A DNA stretch of 64,000 nucleotides from Pseudomonadota bacterium (GCA_040755435.1 JBFMBB010000002.1:8415-72414); one strand, 5' to 3'. Positions 44,670-54,648 are shown, counted from the first letter of the stretch. Numbers and translations: made by a program. Notes: generated by a model from the sequence alone, not told the origin.

Positions 44670-47177
44670 ATGCTCAACGCCGTTAATTCATCCGCCTCCC
44701 CCACCCAGAAACCCACAATCTCGATACGGATCCTGAAAAGCCTGGGGCTGGACAGTTTCCGCGGCCGTATGCTGTACATCGCGGCGCTTTCCATCGGCTT
44801 CATGGTGATCACTTCGTGGATGGCGGAAACACGTGTCCGCGAAGTCACGCGCCAGGGGATTTCCAATGCCATCGACCAGCAGGAAATCCTGCGCGTGCTG
44901 CGTGACGTCTCCGGCGACATCCGGCTGGCGGAATCCAGCCTGCACCATCTCCCCGAATCAAGCCTGTCACGCGGCGCCACCGTCCAGAAGCACCTGAAGA
45001 ACGCGCTTGCGAAAACCGGTCTTCTGGCGGAGGTGGCGAAAAGACAGCGCTTGCCGGAACTGCAGCAGAAAACACAGGAGTTCATCTCCGGTCTTCACCG
45101 GTTGCATCAGGAGGTGATGGCCACGACTACCAGCGGGCCCTTGACCGCGTTGCACGCGCACGCTGAACCTAATCTCGAAAAAGTCCGGGACGCGACGTTG
45201 GCGCTGGAAAAATCGCTGGGCGCCCGCAGCATCGAGGATATGCACCGGCTGTCGCAGGCCGTCGAGCGCCAGTTGCGCCTGCTCTGGGTCGCAGCGCTGG
45301 TGGGCATCATCGCCATCGTCGCATGGCTGCTCCTGTTCGAATACTCCATCCGCCAGCCGGTGGCGCGCATTACCGGCGCCCTCAAGGCCGAGGCGGAAGG
45401 TTCCCGCCAAGTCACGGTAGCGTCGACGTGGACCGAGGAGACGGGTAATCTCGTTTCCGCCTTCGATCACATGCGGCGGCAGGTGCACGCGCGCCAGCAG
45501 CGCCTGGAAACCATCCTGGACAATGCCGCCGAGGGCATCATCACCTTCGACGCCGACGGCCACATCGAGAGTTTCAACAAGGCGGCCGAAAAACTGTTCG
45601 GCTACGCCCAGGAGGAGGTGCTCGGAAAGGACCTGCGGCTCATCCTGCCGCCACAGACGCGCGAGAGCCGCGAGGATTACCTGAAGCATTTCATCCGCAC
45701 GGAAATACGGCGCCTGATCGGCCATGAGGGCGAGGTCACCGGGCGCCACAAGGACGGCACCACCTTCCCGATGGCACTCAAGATCAGCGCCATGGTGCTG
45801 GACGGAAAACAGTTGTACACCGGGCTGGTGGCGGACATCAGCGAACGCAAGGCCATGGTGGAGAACCTCAAGAACATGGCCGAGCACGACGGGCTCACCG
45901 GTCTTTACAACCGCAGCTATTTCCAGCAGGAACTGGAGCGCGTCGTGGAGCGCGTCAGGCGCGCCGGCGGTATCTGCTGTTCCCTGCTCTATATCGACCT
46001 GGACAATTTCAAATACATCAACGACACGCTGGGGCATGCCGCCGGCGACCGGCTGATCATCGAGGTCTCCGCCATCCTGAACAAGCGCGCGCGCAAAAGC
46101 GACCTCATCGCCCGTATCGGCGGCGATGAGTTCACCGTGCTGCTGTTCGACACCACGCCCATGCTGTCGGTGCAGGTGGCCGAGTCCTTCCGCGCCAGGC
46201 TGGCCGACTACCTCTTCAAGCACGGCGGCGAGCAGATCGACATCGGCTGCTCCATCGGCGTGGCCGCAATCAATCCCGGCACGGCCTCGGCCGCCGAGGT
46301 CCTGTCGCAGGCCGATCTCGCCTGCCACCTGGCCAAGCGCGGCGGCCGCAACCGCGTGCACCTGTACAATACCGAGGATGCCGAGAGCGCCGCCGCCATG
46401 GCCATCGACATGGGCTGGTCGCGCCGCATCAAGGAAGCCATCGAAAAGGATCGCTTCGTGCTGGCGTGCCAGCCCATCATCAATACCGCCACGCGCGAAA
46501 TCGAATCCTACGAGGTGCTGATACGCATGCTCGACGAGCGTGACGAACTGATCATGCCCTCGGGATTCCTGGCCACCGCCGATCGTTTCGGGCTGGCAGC
46601 GGAAATCGACAAATGGGTCATTCGCCACGCCATCGAAGGCTTGGCCCGCCAGCGTGTCGCCGCTCCCCGCCTGCGCTATGCCATCAACCTGTCAGGCCGC
46701 ACCCTGACCACGCCCGGCATCTGCGAGTTGATCCAGGACATGCTCAAGGACACCGGCCTGGACCCGTCCGCCCTGACCTTCGAAGTGACGGAAACCGTGG
46801 CCATCGCCGACATGGTGGCGGCCGATCTTTTCCTGTCGCGCCTGCGTTCCATGGGTTGCCAAACCGCCCTGGACGACTTCGGTTCGGGCATGGCCTCGTT
46901 CGCCTATCTCAAGGATCTGCCGGTCAACAGCGTCAAGATCGACGGGCGTTTCGTGAAGAATCTCGCGACCAGTCCGGTGGACCAGGCGATGGTCAAGGCC
47001 ATGAACGAAATCGCCCACGCGCTCGGCAAGCAGACCATCGCCGAGTTCGTGGAAAACGAGGAGAGCCTCAGACTGCTCGCCGCCTATGGCGTGGACTTCG
47101 CCCAGGGCTACCACCTTGGAAGACCGGACGTGACGCTGCCCTGCTCCACCCTCACCAAGGGACGCTGCGCCTCCTGA
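44670..47177 (+). CDS. Membrane HAMP-PAS-GGDEF-EAL protein
   Basis: Two TMs, HAMP, PAS (NKAAEKLFGY), RKSD...GGDEF, YEVLIR and DDFGSG. Confidence 0.93.
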   Translation: MLNAVNSSASPTQKPTISIRILKSLGLDSFRGRMLYIAALSIGFMVITSWMAETRVREVTRQGISNAIDQQEILRVLRDVSGDIRLAESSLHHLPESSLSRGATVQKHLKNALAKTGLLAEVAKRQRLPELQQKTQEFISGLHRLHQEVMATTTSGPLTALHAHAEPNLEKVRDATLALEKSLGARSIEDMHRLSQAVERQLRLLWVAALVGIIAIVAWLLLFEYSIRQPVARITGALKAEAEGSRQVTVASTWTEETGNLVSAFDHMRRQVHARQQRLETILDNAAEGIITFDADGHIESFNKAAEKLFGYAQEEVLGKDLRLILPPQTRESREDYLKHFIRTEIRRLIGHEGEVTGRHKDGTTFPMALKISAMVLDGKQLYTGLVADISERKAMVENLKNMAEHDGLTGLYNRSYFQQELERVVERVRRAGGICCSLLYIDLDNFKYINDTLGHAAGDRLIIEVSAILNKRARKSDLIARIGGDEFTVLLFDTTPMLSVQVAESFRARLADYLFKHGGEQIDIGCSIGVAAINPGTASAAEVLSQADLACHLAKRGGRNRVHLYNTEDAESAAAMAIDMGWSRRIKEAIEKDRFVLACQPIINTATREIESYEVLIRMLDERDELIMPSGFLATADRFGLAAEIDKWVIRHAIEGLARQRVAAPRLRYAINLSGRTLTTPGICELIQDMLKDTGLDPSALTFEVTETVAIADMVAADLFLSRLRSMGCQTALDDFGSGMASFAYLKDLPVNSVKIDGRFVKNLATSPVDQAMVKAMNEIAHALGKQTIAEFVENEESLRLLAAYGVDFAQGYHLGRPDVTLPCSTLTKGRCAS

Positions 47178-47305
47178 ACCGCGTCTCGGCCCGCGGCGCT
47201 GGCACATCCAGACCCGCGAGCAAAAAAAATGGCTGGAAAATTAATCAGGATATGGCAGGATTGGCGGCCAAATCAGCGCCAACCGGAAACTGACTGCTTT
47301 TTCAC

Positions 47306-48325
47306 TTGCGCCACGCCTCTTTCTTCCGCGCCTCCTCCCTGTTTCTGTGCGTGACAGCCCTGTCATGCGGCATATCCCGGGCCGAAACCGCTATCGCGCC
47401 ACCCAGACCGCTGTACAGCTTCAACCAGAGTCCCCTGATACAGATCTATGGCCTGCCGGCCCTGGGGGCATCGCGGGTTCTGGGCCAGGGGGAATCTGCC
47501 TTGGCGGTCCATCTGCAGATTGCCAATCATTTCACCGGCACCAGCACCAGCTCCGAAACCCTCAGCCTGGACGGGGAAACCCGGCGCCTGACGCTGCACT
47601 GGCGTCAGGGCCTGCCCGGAAACCGGGAATGGGGCATTGAGCTGCCGTATGTATCGCACAATGGCGGGTTTCTCGACATGTCCATCGAAGAATTCCACGA
47701 CATACTGGGCCTGCCCCAGAACGGCCGCACCGACCTGCCGCGCAACCGCATCGATTTCCGTTACGCCCGCCAAGGCGTGAATCTGGTCAATCTCGACCGC
47801 GCCGTCAGCGGGGTCGGCGATGTGCGCCTGTCGGCCGCCATCCCGCTGGCTGCGGAGCCGGCATCCGGCGCTTACACCGCGGCCTGGCGCATGAGCCTCA
47901 AGCTTCCCACCGGGGACGCGGACGAGCTGCTGGGCAGCGGCAGCACCGATCTGGCCGGCTGGCTGAGCGCGGCCACGACGCGCGCGCCGGACAAGTGGAA
48001 CCTGTATGGTGGCGGTGGGCTGCTGATGATGAGCGAAGGCGATGTCATACCGTCACAACAGCGCGGTCTTGTCGCATTCGGCACTCTGGGACTCAGCCAG
48101 CGATTCTTTCCGGCGGTGACGGTCAACGCGCAGCTGGACTTCCACAGTCCGTTCTACAGCGACAGTGGTCTGCGACAACTGGGAAGATACGCCGCGCAGG
48201 GTTTGCTCGGCCTGGACTGGGAGTTCGCGCCGCGGAAGTTCCTGGCGTTCTCGATCTCGGAAGACATGGTGGTCGGCGCGGCGCCCGACGTGGCCTTCAA
48301 TCTTTCTCTGGCCATGCCCCTGTGA
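47306..48325 (+). CDS. Outer-membrane beta-barrel protein (DUF3187-like)
   Basis: Signal peptide, NQSP..IYGLP, GGFLD..IE.FH...GLPQ and LKLPTG. Confidence 0.7.
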   Translation: MRHASFFRASSLFLCVTALSCGISRAETAIAPPRPLYSFNQSPLIQIYGLPALGASRVLGQGESALAVHLQIANHFTGTSTSSETLSLDGETRRLTLHWRQGLPGNREWGIELPYVSHNGGFLDMSIEEFHDILGLPQNGRTDLPRNRIDFRYARQGVNLVNLDRAVSGVGDVRLSAAIPLAAEPASGAYTAAWRMSLKLPTGDADELLGSGSTDLAGWLSAATTRAPDKWNLYGGGGLLMMSEGDVIPSQQRGLVAFGTLGLSQRFFPAVTVNAQLDFHSPFYSDSGLRQLGRYAAQGLLGLDWEFAPRKFLAFSISEDMVVGAAPDVAFNLSLAMPL

Positions 48326-48340
48326 CCGGGGCGCGTCTCG

Positions 48341-49264
48341 TCAATCGCCGAGAGACTCGAGCAGTTTTCTCAGCCCCTGTTCAAAGGATGTCGCCGGAGC
48401 ACTGCCAAAAACCCCCTTCAACCGCGTGACATCGGCGCAGGAATCCCGGATGTCGCCGGCGCGCGCCGGTTCGTGTCGCCGCTCGATTTTCTTCCCGGAA
48501 ATTTTCTCGAGCAAAGCCAGCAGGTCCAGCAGCGCATTCTGCCGGCCGGTGCCGACGTTGAAAACACCGCCGTTGCCCTCCCTGCCGCGCGCCGCGCGCG
48601 CCAGCAGATCGGCCAGGTCGGCGACGTAGACGAAATCGCGCGTCTGTTTTCCGTCCCCGTACACCGTTACCGGCAGATTCCGCCTCAGACGCTCGACGAA
48701 AATACTGATGACGCCCGAATAGGGCGAAGACGGATCCTGGCGCGGACCGTAGATGTTGAAAAACCGGAATGACGTGGCGGCGAGCCCGTGGACCCGGTGA
48801 TAGTGCATGAGGTAATGCTCGCCGGCCAGCTTGTCCACGGCATACGGCGACAGCGGCCGCGCCGCCGCCTCCTCCGTAACCGGAATGGCGGCGGCATCGC
48901 CATACACCGCGGCGGAACAGGCATAGACAAACCGTCCGATGCCGTGTCGGCGCGAGGCCTCGAGCAGATTGAGCGTGCCGTCGAAATTGACCTGGTGCGT
49001 GCGAACCGGATCATCCATGCTCGCCTGCACCGAGGCCACGGCGGCCAGATGCACCACGGCGTCCACCCCGCGCGCGCTGCGGTCGACCAGTCCGGCATCG
49101 CGGATATCCCCCTCGATGAATTCCAGCGCCTCGTGGCGCGGAAGGTTCTCCCTCTTGCCGGTTGAGAGATCGTCCAGTACGCACACGCGGTCGCCCGCGC
49201 CCAGCAGCCGTTCCGCCAAATGCGAGCCGATAAATCCGGCTCCGCCAGTAACCAGTATTTTCAT
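48341..49264 (-). CDS. NAD-dependent nucleotide-sugar epimerase
   Basis: GGAGFIGS, YAVDK (YxxxK) and RFFNIYGPRQ. Confidence 0.92.
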   Translation of the reverse strand: MKILVTGGAGFIGSHLAERLLGAGDRVCVLDDLSTGKRENLPRHEALEFIEGDIRDAGLVDRSARGVDAVVHLAAVASVQASMDDPVRTHQVNFDGTLNLLEASRRHGIGRFVYACSAAVYGDAAAIPVTEEAAARPLSPYAVDKLAGEHYLMHYHRVHGLAATSFRFFNIYGPRQDPSSPYSGVISIFVERLRRNLPVTVYGDGKQTRDFVYVADLADLLARAARGREGNGGVFNVGTGRQNALLDLLALLEKISGKKIERRHEPARAGDIRDSCADVTRLKGVFGSAPATSFEQGLRKLLESLGD

Positions 49265-49559
49265 GTCGCCTCGATTTATTTTTCGCTTTGCCCGGCGCCG
49301 CAGACGGTTCGGCCGATCACACAGCTTTCTGACTACCGTTGATCCGGCCTCTGGCTCCGAATATCCCCAATATTTTAAGTTTTAAGCCAAAAATGCGTAG
49401 GATTTGTAGATATACAGATTCCAACTGACTCAAAAATAAGGAAGTCCGACCCCGCTTGGGTTCGACGATAGACCGGCTGGGCGCCTGGAGCAACGATAAT
49501 TCAAGCAGAGGCAAGCGTGGCAGGGAAAGCGATAATGGAAAAAAGTTTACCACAGCTGC

Positions 49560-49916
49560 ATGCGAATCGTCGGTTGGTTTAAAACTGCGGTTCTGTGCCT
49601 GGCACTGCCGGTGCTGCTTTCCGCCTGTGGCGGCGGCGCAGAAAGCCCCCCATCCGCGAATTCCCTGCCAAACGCCGCCATCCTGACGTGGGATGCCGTC
49701 GCCGCCACCAATCTCTCGGGCTATCGTGTTTATTACGGCACGTCGCCGGGAAGCTACCAGCAGGCCCCCGGGCAAGGATTGAGCGTCGGTAATATCACCG
49801 CCTATACGCTCACGGGGCTGAGCAACGGCACCAGATACTATTTCGCCGTGACCGCCTTCGACACGGCGGGCAATGAAAGCGGTTACTCGAACGAAGTTTT
49901 CAAGGACATTCCCTGA
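49560..49916 (+). CDS. Small FnIII-domain lipoprotein
   Basis: Lipobox LSAC; LTW...GYRVYYG...GL.NGTRYYFAVTAFD..GNES. Confidence 0.85.
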   Translation: MRIVGWFKTAVLCLALPVLLSACGGGAESPPSANSLPNAAILTWDAVAATNLSGYRVYYGTSPGSYQQAPGQGLSVGNITAYTLTGLSNGTRYYFAVTAFDTAGNESGYSNEVFKDIP

Positions 49917-49917
49917 C
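49677..49917 (+). repeat. 241-bp exact direct repeat, copy 1 (FnIII cassette including stop codon)
   Basis: Base-by-base identical to 52772-53012. Confidence 0.95.
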
Positions 49918-50073
49918 TTAAAGAAGCGCCATCGGCGACGGCAGGAAACTCCCCGAGATATTCATGGCTGCCGCCCCACGCTCACTGTATCGATCTCCCC
50001 GGAAAAGATAGACTGGAAACCCCGGCCCGGCGCAGCGCAACAAGGCGCGGTCATTTGCACGGATTTTCATTTC

Positions 50074-51474
50074 ATGAAGTCTCCCCATCTGGCCGTACGC
50101 GCAAAAATATTCTCCCTGCTTTTTCTCGGCCTCTTCGTTTCCGTTGTGCTGTCTCCCGCCCGGGTCAATGCGGCGCCGGATTACCCCCTGAAACTGAGTT
50201 CCAGTGGACAATATCTCGTGGATCAGGCCAATCGGCCTTTTTTCATGAATGGCGACACGGCGTGGTCGCTGATTTCCCAGCTCTCCCGGGCGGAGGCGGA
50301 CATCTATTTGTCTGACCGCGCAAAGAAGGGATTCAATCTTGTCCTCGTAAATCTGATTGAGCACAAATTCTCCGACAACGCCCCGGCCAATCACGCCGGT
50401 CACGCTCCGTTTGCCGGCGCCGGCAACTTCAACGCCCCCACCGAGGAATATTTCGCCCACGCCGATTGGGTCATCAGGAAGGCCGCGGAAAAAGGCATCG
50501 TTGTCCTGCTGGCCCCGATTTATCTGGGATACGACTGTGGCGATCAAGGCTGGTGCGCCGCTGTAAAATCGAGCTCCCCGGCCACCATGCGCAATTACGG
50601 CCGGTATGTGGGCAAGCGCTACAGGAACTTCCCGAATATCATCTGGCTCATCGGCGGCGATGCCAATCCGGTGGCCCACGGCGTGGCGGCAAAACTGCGT
50701 GAATTCGTTGCCGGTTTGCGGGAAGCCGACACCGTCCATCTGATAACCGCGCATAACGCGCGCAATCTGGCGGCCATGGATATATGGACCACGGATTCAT
50801 GGCTGGATATCAACAACATCTACACGTCGGGCAACGAGCACCAGGCTGCGTTGACGCAGTACCACCGGTCCGGCGCCAAACCGTTCTTTCTCCTTGAAAG
50901 CAACTACGAGAATCAGCCCGGCATTACCCAGCTCAATTTGCGGCAACAGGCCTACTGGTCCGTGTTATCCGGCGGCACCGTGGGACACATATTCGGAAAT
51001 TGTCCCATGTGGCATTTCGACGCGCCTTCCGCGTCGAGCTTTTGCTCCGGCTCCACCTGGAAATCGCAACTCGACTCCACCGGATCGACCACGCTGGCGC
51101 ATGTGGGCCGGCTGTTTCGCTCGCGGGCCTTTCATCTGCTCGTGCCCGATCGGACGCACTCCGTGCTGACTGCCGGCTTTCAGTCCGGCGCAAGCCAGGC
51201 AGCGGCGGCCCGGGCAAGCGACGGGTCGACGATCATCGCCTACATTCCCACGAGTCGCGCCGTCACCATTGACCTCGCGAAAATCGCCGGTGCTTCTGTG
51301 CGCGCCTGGTGGTTCAACCCGCGCACGGCGGCGGCAACGCTGATCAGCACCTATCCCGCCCGGGGCACAATGGCCTTCACGCCGCCCGGTTCCGGCGACT
51401 GGGTGCTTGTGCTGGACAATGCCGCGCTGCAACTGCCTGCTCCCGGGAAAAGATCGCGGGTCCCGGCCTCCTGA
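50074..51474 (+). CDS. Secreted DUF4038 (apiosidase-like glycoside hydrolase) plus collagen_bind_2-like domain protein
   Basis: Signal peptide, PFFMNGDTAW, NIIWLIGGD, KPFFLLESNYE, WWFNPR and DWVLVL; start at ATG 50074. Confidence 0.75.
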   Translation: MKSPHLAVRAKIFSLLFLGLFVSVVLSPARVNAAPDYPLKLSSSGQYLVDQANRPFFMNGDTAWSLISQLSRAEADIYLSDRAKKGFNLVLVNLIEHKFSDNAPANHAGHAPFAGAGNFNAPTEEYFAHADWVIRKAAEKGIVVLLAPIYLGYDCGDQGWCAAVKSSSPATMRNYGRYVGKRYRNFPNIIWLIGGDANPVAHGVAAKLREFVAGLREADTVHLITAHNARNLAAMDIWTTDSWLDINNIYTSGNEHQAALTQYHRSGAKPFFLLESNYENQPGITQLNLRQQAYWSVLSGGTVGHIFGNCPMWHFDAPSASSFCSGSTWKSQLDSTGSTTLAHVGRLFRSRAFHLLVPDRTHSVLTAGFQSGASQAAAARASDGSTIIAYIPTSRAVTIDLAKIAGASVRAWWFNPRTAAATLISTYPARGTMAFTPPGSGDWVLVLDNAALQLPAPGKRSRVPAS

Positions 51475-51736
51475 TAAGCCTCCGTGCGGTCTCCCAATGA
51501 TGTCAGATCGAGCGATCATTTTCGCCAGACGCACGGTCATCTGAAGCAACACATCGCGCGCCGTCAATCTGCGCTCACCTCCCGAAAGTCGGTTTTTGCT
51601 TAGGTGCAAGGCAAATATCGATTATCTTTACGTCAACAAGATTCTGCGCTGCTGAAAAACCGAAAAATCGCGGCGGATGTTTTTTAACAATCGAGGGAGG
51701 CGGTCTTCGGGCGGGGGATGGAAACAAGGAAGTAGA

Positions 51737-53011
51737 ATGGAACTGTTTCACCCCGGTTGCACGCGAATCGTCAATTCGTTTAAAGCTGTTGTTTTTGTTC
51801 TGATGCTCCCGGTGCTGCTTGCCGCCTGCGGCGGTGGCGCCGAAGCGGAAACTCAGGCGAGTGCGATCCCGGCCGGCACCACGAGCCCGGACACCACCTC
51901 GCCCAGCGTCCAGATCACCAGTCCTTCCGGCAATACCACCGTGTCCACCAGCACTATCACGCTGTCCGGCACCGCAAGCGACAACGTCGGCGTGACGCAG
52001 GTGACATGGCGTAACACCACCACGAACGCCTCCGGCACCGCGGCGGGGTTGAACAACTGGTCGGCACTGAATATACCGCTGCAAAGCGGCAGCAACACCC
52101 TCACGGTGACGGCACGTGACGCGACCGGCAACCAGAGCAGCGCTTCGCGGACCGTGACTTATAATCCGCCACCTCCGCCTCCGACGCCGGACACCACGGC
52201 ACCCAGCGTGCAGATCAACAATCCGTCAGGCAACGTTACCGTGACGACGAGCAGCATCGCTTTGTCCGGCACCGCAAGCGACAACGTCGGTGTGACGCAG
52301 GTGACATGGCGTAACACCACCACGAACGCCTCCGGCACCGCGGCGGGGTTGAACAACTGGTCGGTGGCGAGCATTCCCTTGCAAAGCGGCAGCAACACCC
52401 TCACGGTGACGGCGCGCGACGCGGCGGGAAACCAGAACACCGACACGCTGACGGTGACGTATAACGCGCCGGATACCACCCGGCCGACGGTGACCATCAG
52501 CCTGCCCACCAGCAGCGCCACCTACACCACGAGCAGCAGCACCCTGAGCCTGGGCGGCACGGCCTCGGACAACGTCGGCGTGACGCAGGTGACCTGGTCG
52601 AACAGCCGGGGTGGCAGCGGCAGCGCCAGCGGCACGACCTCCTGGAGCGTCGCCGGCATCACCCTGCAGGACGGCAGCAACACCCTCACGGTGACGGCGC
52701 GCGACGCGGCGGGAAACCAGAACACCGACACGCTGACGGTGACGTATAACGCTCCGGTGATATCGAACTCTGCCATCCTGACGTGGGATGCCGTCGCCGC
52801 CACCAATCTCTCGGGCTATCGTGTTTATTACGGCACGTCGCCGGGAAGCTACCAGCAGGCCCCCGGGCAAGGATTGAGCGTCGGTAATATCACCGCCTAT
52901 ACGCTCACGGGGCTGAGCAACGGCACCAGATACTATTTCGCCGTGACCGCCTTCGACACGGCGGGCAATGAAAGCGGTTACTCGAACGAAGTTTTCAAGG
53001 ACATTCCCTGA
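51737..53011 (+). CDS. Lipoprotein with three Ig-like (Big) repeats and a C-terminal FnIII domain
   Basis: Lipobox LAAC; three DTT.P.V.I...GTASDNVGVTQVTW...G.NTLTVTARDA.GNQ repeats; start at ATG 51737 after an AGGAAG RBS. Confidence 0.88.
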   Translation: MELFHPGCTRIVNSFKAVVFVLMLPVLLAACGGGAEAETQASAIPAGTTSPDTTSPSVQITSPSGNTTVSTSTITLSGTASDNVGVTQVTWRNTTTNASGTAAGLNNWSALNIPLQSGSNTLTVTARDATGNQSSASRTVTYNPPPPPPTPDTTAPSVQINNPSGNVTVTTSSIALSGTASDNVGVTQVTWRNTTTNASGTAAGLNNWSVASIPLQSGSNTLTVTARDAAGNQNTDTLTVTYNAPDTTRPTVTISLPTSSATYTTSSSTLSLGGTASDNVGVTQVTWSNSRGGSGSASGTTSWSVAGITLQDGSNTLTVTARDAAGNQNTDTLTVTYNAPVISNSAILTWDAVAATNLSGYRVYYGTSPGSYQQAPGQGLSVGNITAYTLTGLSNGTRYYFAVTAFDTAGNESGYSNEVFKDIP

Positions 53012-53012
53012 C
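52772..53012 (+). repeat. 241-bp exact direct repeat, copy 2
   Basis: Identical to 49677-49917. Confidence 0.95.
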
Positions 53013-53175
53013 ACGGTGCCAACAACCGGAGCAAGAAATGTCTTCTACTCTGCCGGTAAACTACAATATTATTACGCCCATGTATCCGGTTGACCGCGAC
53101 AAACACGGCTTTTCCGACACTAAAATCCAGCGCACTGCCCGGCCAGGGCATGCAACAGAAACCCGAGGTTCATAT

Positions 53176-54648
53176 ATGACAATCAAAGCTTCATTTTGGC
53201 GACTGCCCGTCATCCAGGGGCTCATCATGGCGGTTGCCATCATGACGGGACAGGCCTTGATCGCCTCACCGGCCTGGGCCGCGACGTACTATGTCGCAAC
53301 CAACGGCAGCAACACCAGCGCGGGAAGCTCCGCGGCTCCGTTTCAGACCATCCAGAAAGGCCTCTCGGTACTTTCGGCGGGCGACACCCTGGTGATCCGT
53401 AACGGCACCTACAGCGGCTCTTCGAACAGCCTGGCGAATCTCCCGAGCGGCTCCGCCGGGAATTACATTACGATCATGGCCGAAAACGAAGGCAGCGTCA
53501 TCATCACCGGCGGGCTGGGAATGTCCAACTCAAACCAGTATCTGATCTTTCAGGGCCTTCGCCTTCAGGATACCGGCCAAAAAAGCATCCTCGGGAATCA
53601 TATCAAGTGGTTCAGGACTGAATTCAAGGGCGGGCCATCTGGCGGCAACACCATGGCGGTGGTGGTGGGAACGAACGATGTCGGCACGACGGCCGATATC
53701 CTGCTGGAGGATGTCTGGGTGCACGGATTCGGCGGCCGCTACAAGATTCTCGTATACAACTCGACGCGGGTGGTCATTCGCCGGGCCGTCACAAGATACG
53801 ACGGCACCGTCACGGCGATAGGTGAACCGCAAGCCAATATTACCGTTTACGATTCTGACAGCGTGGAAGTCCAGAATTCCATCGCCATTGACGGTATTAC
53901 CGGCGCGGGCGCGGAGGAGTTTGTCGCGGCCTTTTACAACATCTGCAACGGCACCGGTTCTGTGCCGGTGAGGAATTACACTCATCGCGGCAACATCGCG
54001 ATTAACCCGACGCGCTTTACCATGGGGTCCGAGGGACAATGCACCATTACCAATCAGGTGATTACGGATATTGCTGGCGCGGGAGGCACTTATGGTATTT
54101 CCCAGCTCAAAGGCAGCGGTACCCAGTACACCCGCATAACGCTCATCGGATCCAAGGGTGATGGTTTTGGCATCTTCGGCGGCAGCGCCAAGGTTCAGGA
54201 TTCAATCGTGGCGAATCAGTCCGGCCAGGCGTACAACGGGGTAACCCCGCTAACTTCGGTTGCCTACAACAACAGCGGGGGGAATTCGGGTGGGATCGTG
54301 CTGAACCCGTTTACCAGCGGCCTGCTTTATCTGCCGAGAATCGAGGCCGCATCCGTGCTTGCTGCCGGCGGAACCGCGGGTCAGCGCGGCGCCCAGATCG
54401 TCAAACGCATTGGCACGCCCGGAACTCTTTACGGGGAATCGGGTTATTCGACCACGACCGCCACGGATCTCTGGCCATGGCCCAATGAGGCCCGGATCAA
54501 GAAGGAAATGTGCACCGATGCGGGTGTCACGCGGGGTTTCTGCTCGTCCGCCTCGCTGACGGCCTATGTCTTCGGCTATCTCGGCAATCCGAATCCCTAT
54601 GGCAGCGTGATATCGCTCTCGCCGCCGGGCAACCTGCGGGTGCAATAA
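53176..54648 (+). CDS. Secreted right-handed beta-helix (pectin-lyase-like) protein
   Basis: Signal peptide ending AWA, YYVATNGSN..G...PFQTIQKG....GDTLVIRNGTY, and Gly/Asn-rich beta-helix turns; start at ATG 53176. Confidence 0.75.
   Translation: MTIKASFWRLPVIQGLIMAVAIMTGQALIASPAWAATYYVATNGSNTSAGSSAAPFQTIQKGLSVLSAGDTLVIRNGTYSGSSNSLANLPSGSAGNYITIMAENEGSVIITGGLGMSNSNQYLIFQGLRLQDTGQKSILGNHIKWFRTEFKGGPSGGNTMAVVVGTNDVGTTADILLEDVWVHGFGGRYKILVYNSTRVVIRRAVTRYDGTVTAIGEPQANITVYDSDSVEVQNSIAIDGITGAGAEEFVAAFYNICNGTGSVPVRNYTHRGNIAINPTRFTMGSEGQCTITNQVITDIAGAGGTYGISQLKGSGTQYTRITLIGSKGDGFGIFGGSAKVQDSIVANQSGQAYNGVTPLTSVAYNNSGGNSGGIVLNPFTSGLLYLPRIEAASVLAAGGTAGQRGAQIVKRIGTPGTLYGESGYSTTTATDLWPWPNEARIKKEMCTDAGVTRGFCSSASLTAYVFGYLGNPNPYGSVISLSPPGNLRVQ

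Noticed and set aside
49265-49534. Riboswitch or RfaH ops/JUMPstart in the AT-rich spacers of the surface-glycan region
   Set aside because: I could not recognise a GEMM/c-di-GMP, purine or ops (GGCGGTAG) motif by eye; an Infernal scan would be needed to exclude one fully.
51963-52752. Internal DNA repeats as CRISPR or IS
   Set aside because: They are in-frame Ig-domain repeats within one ORF.
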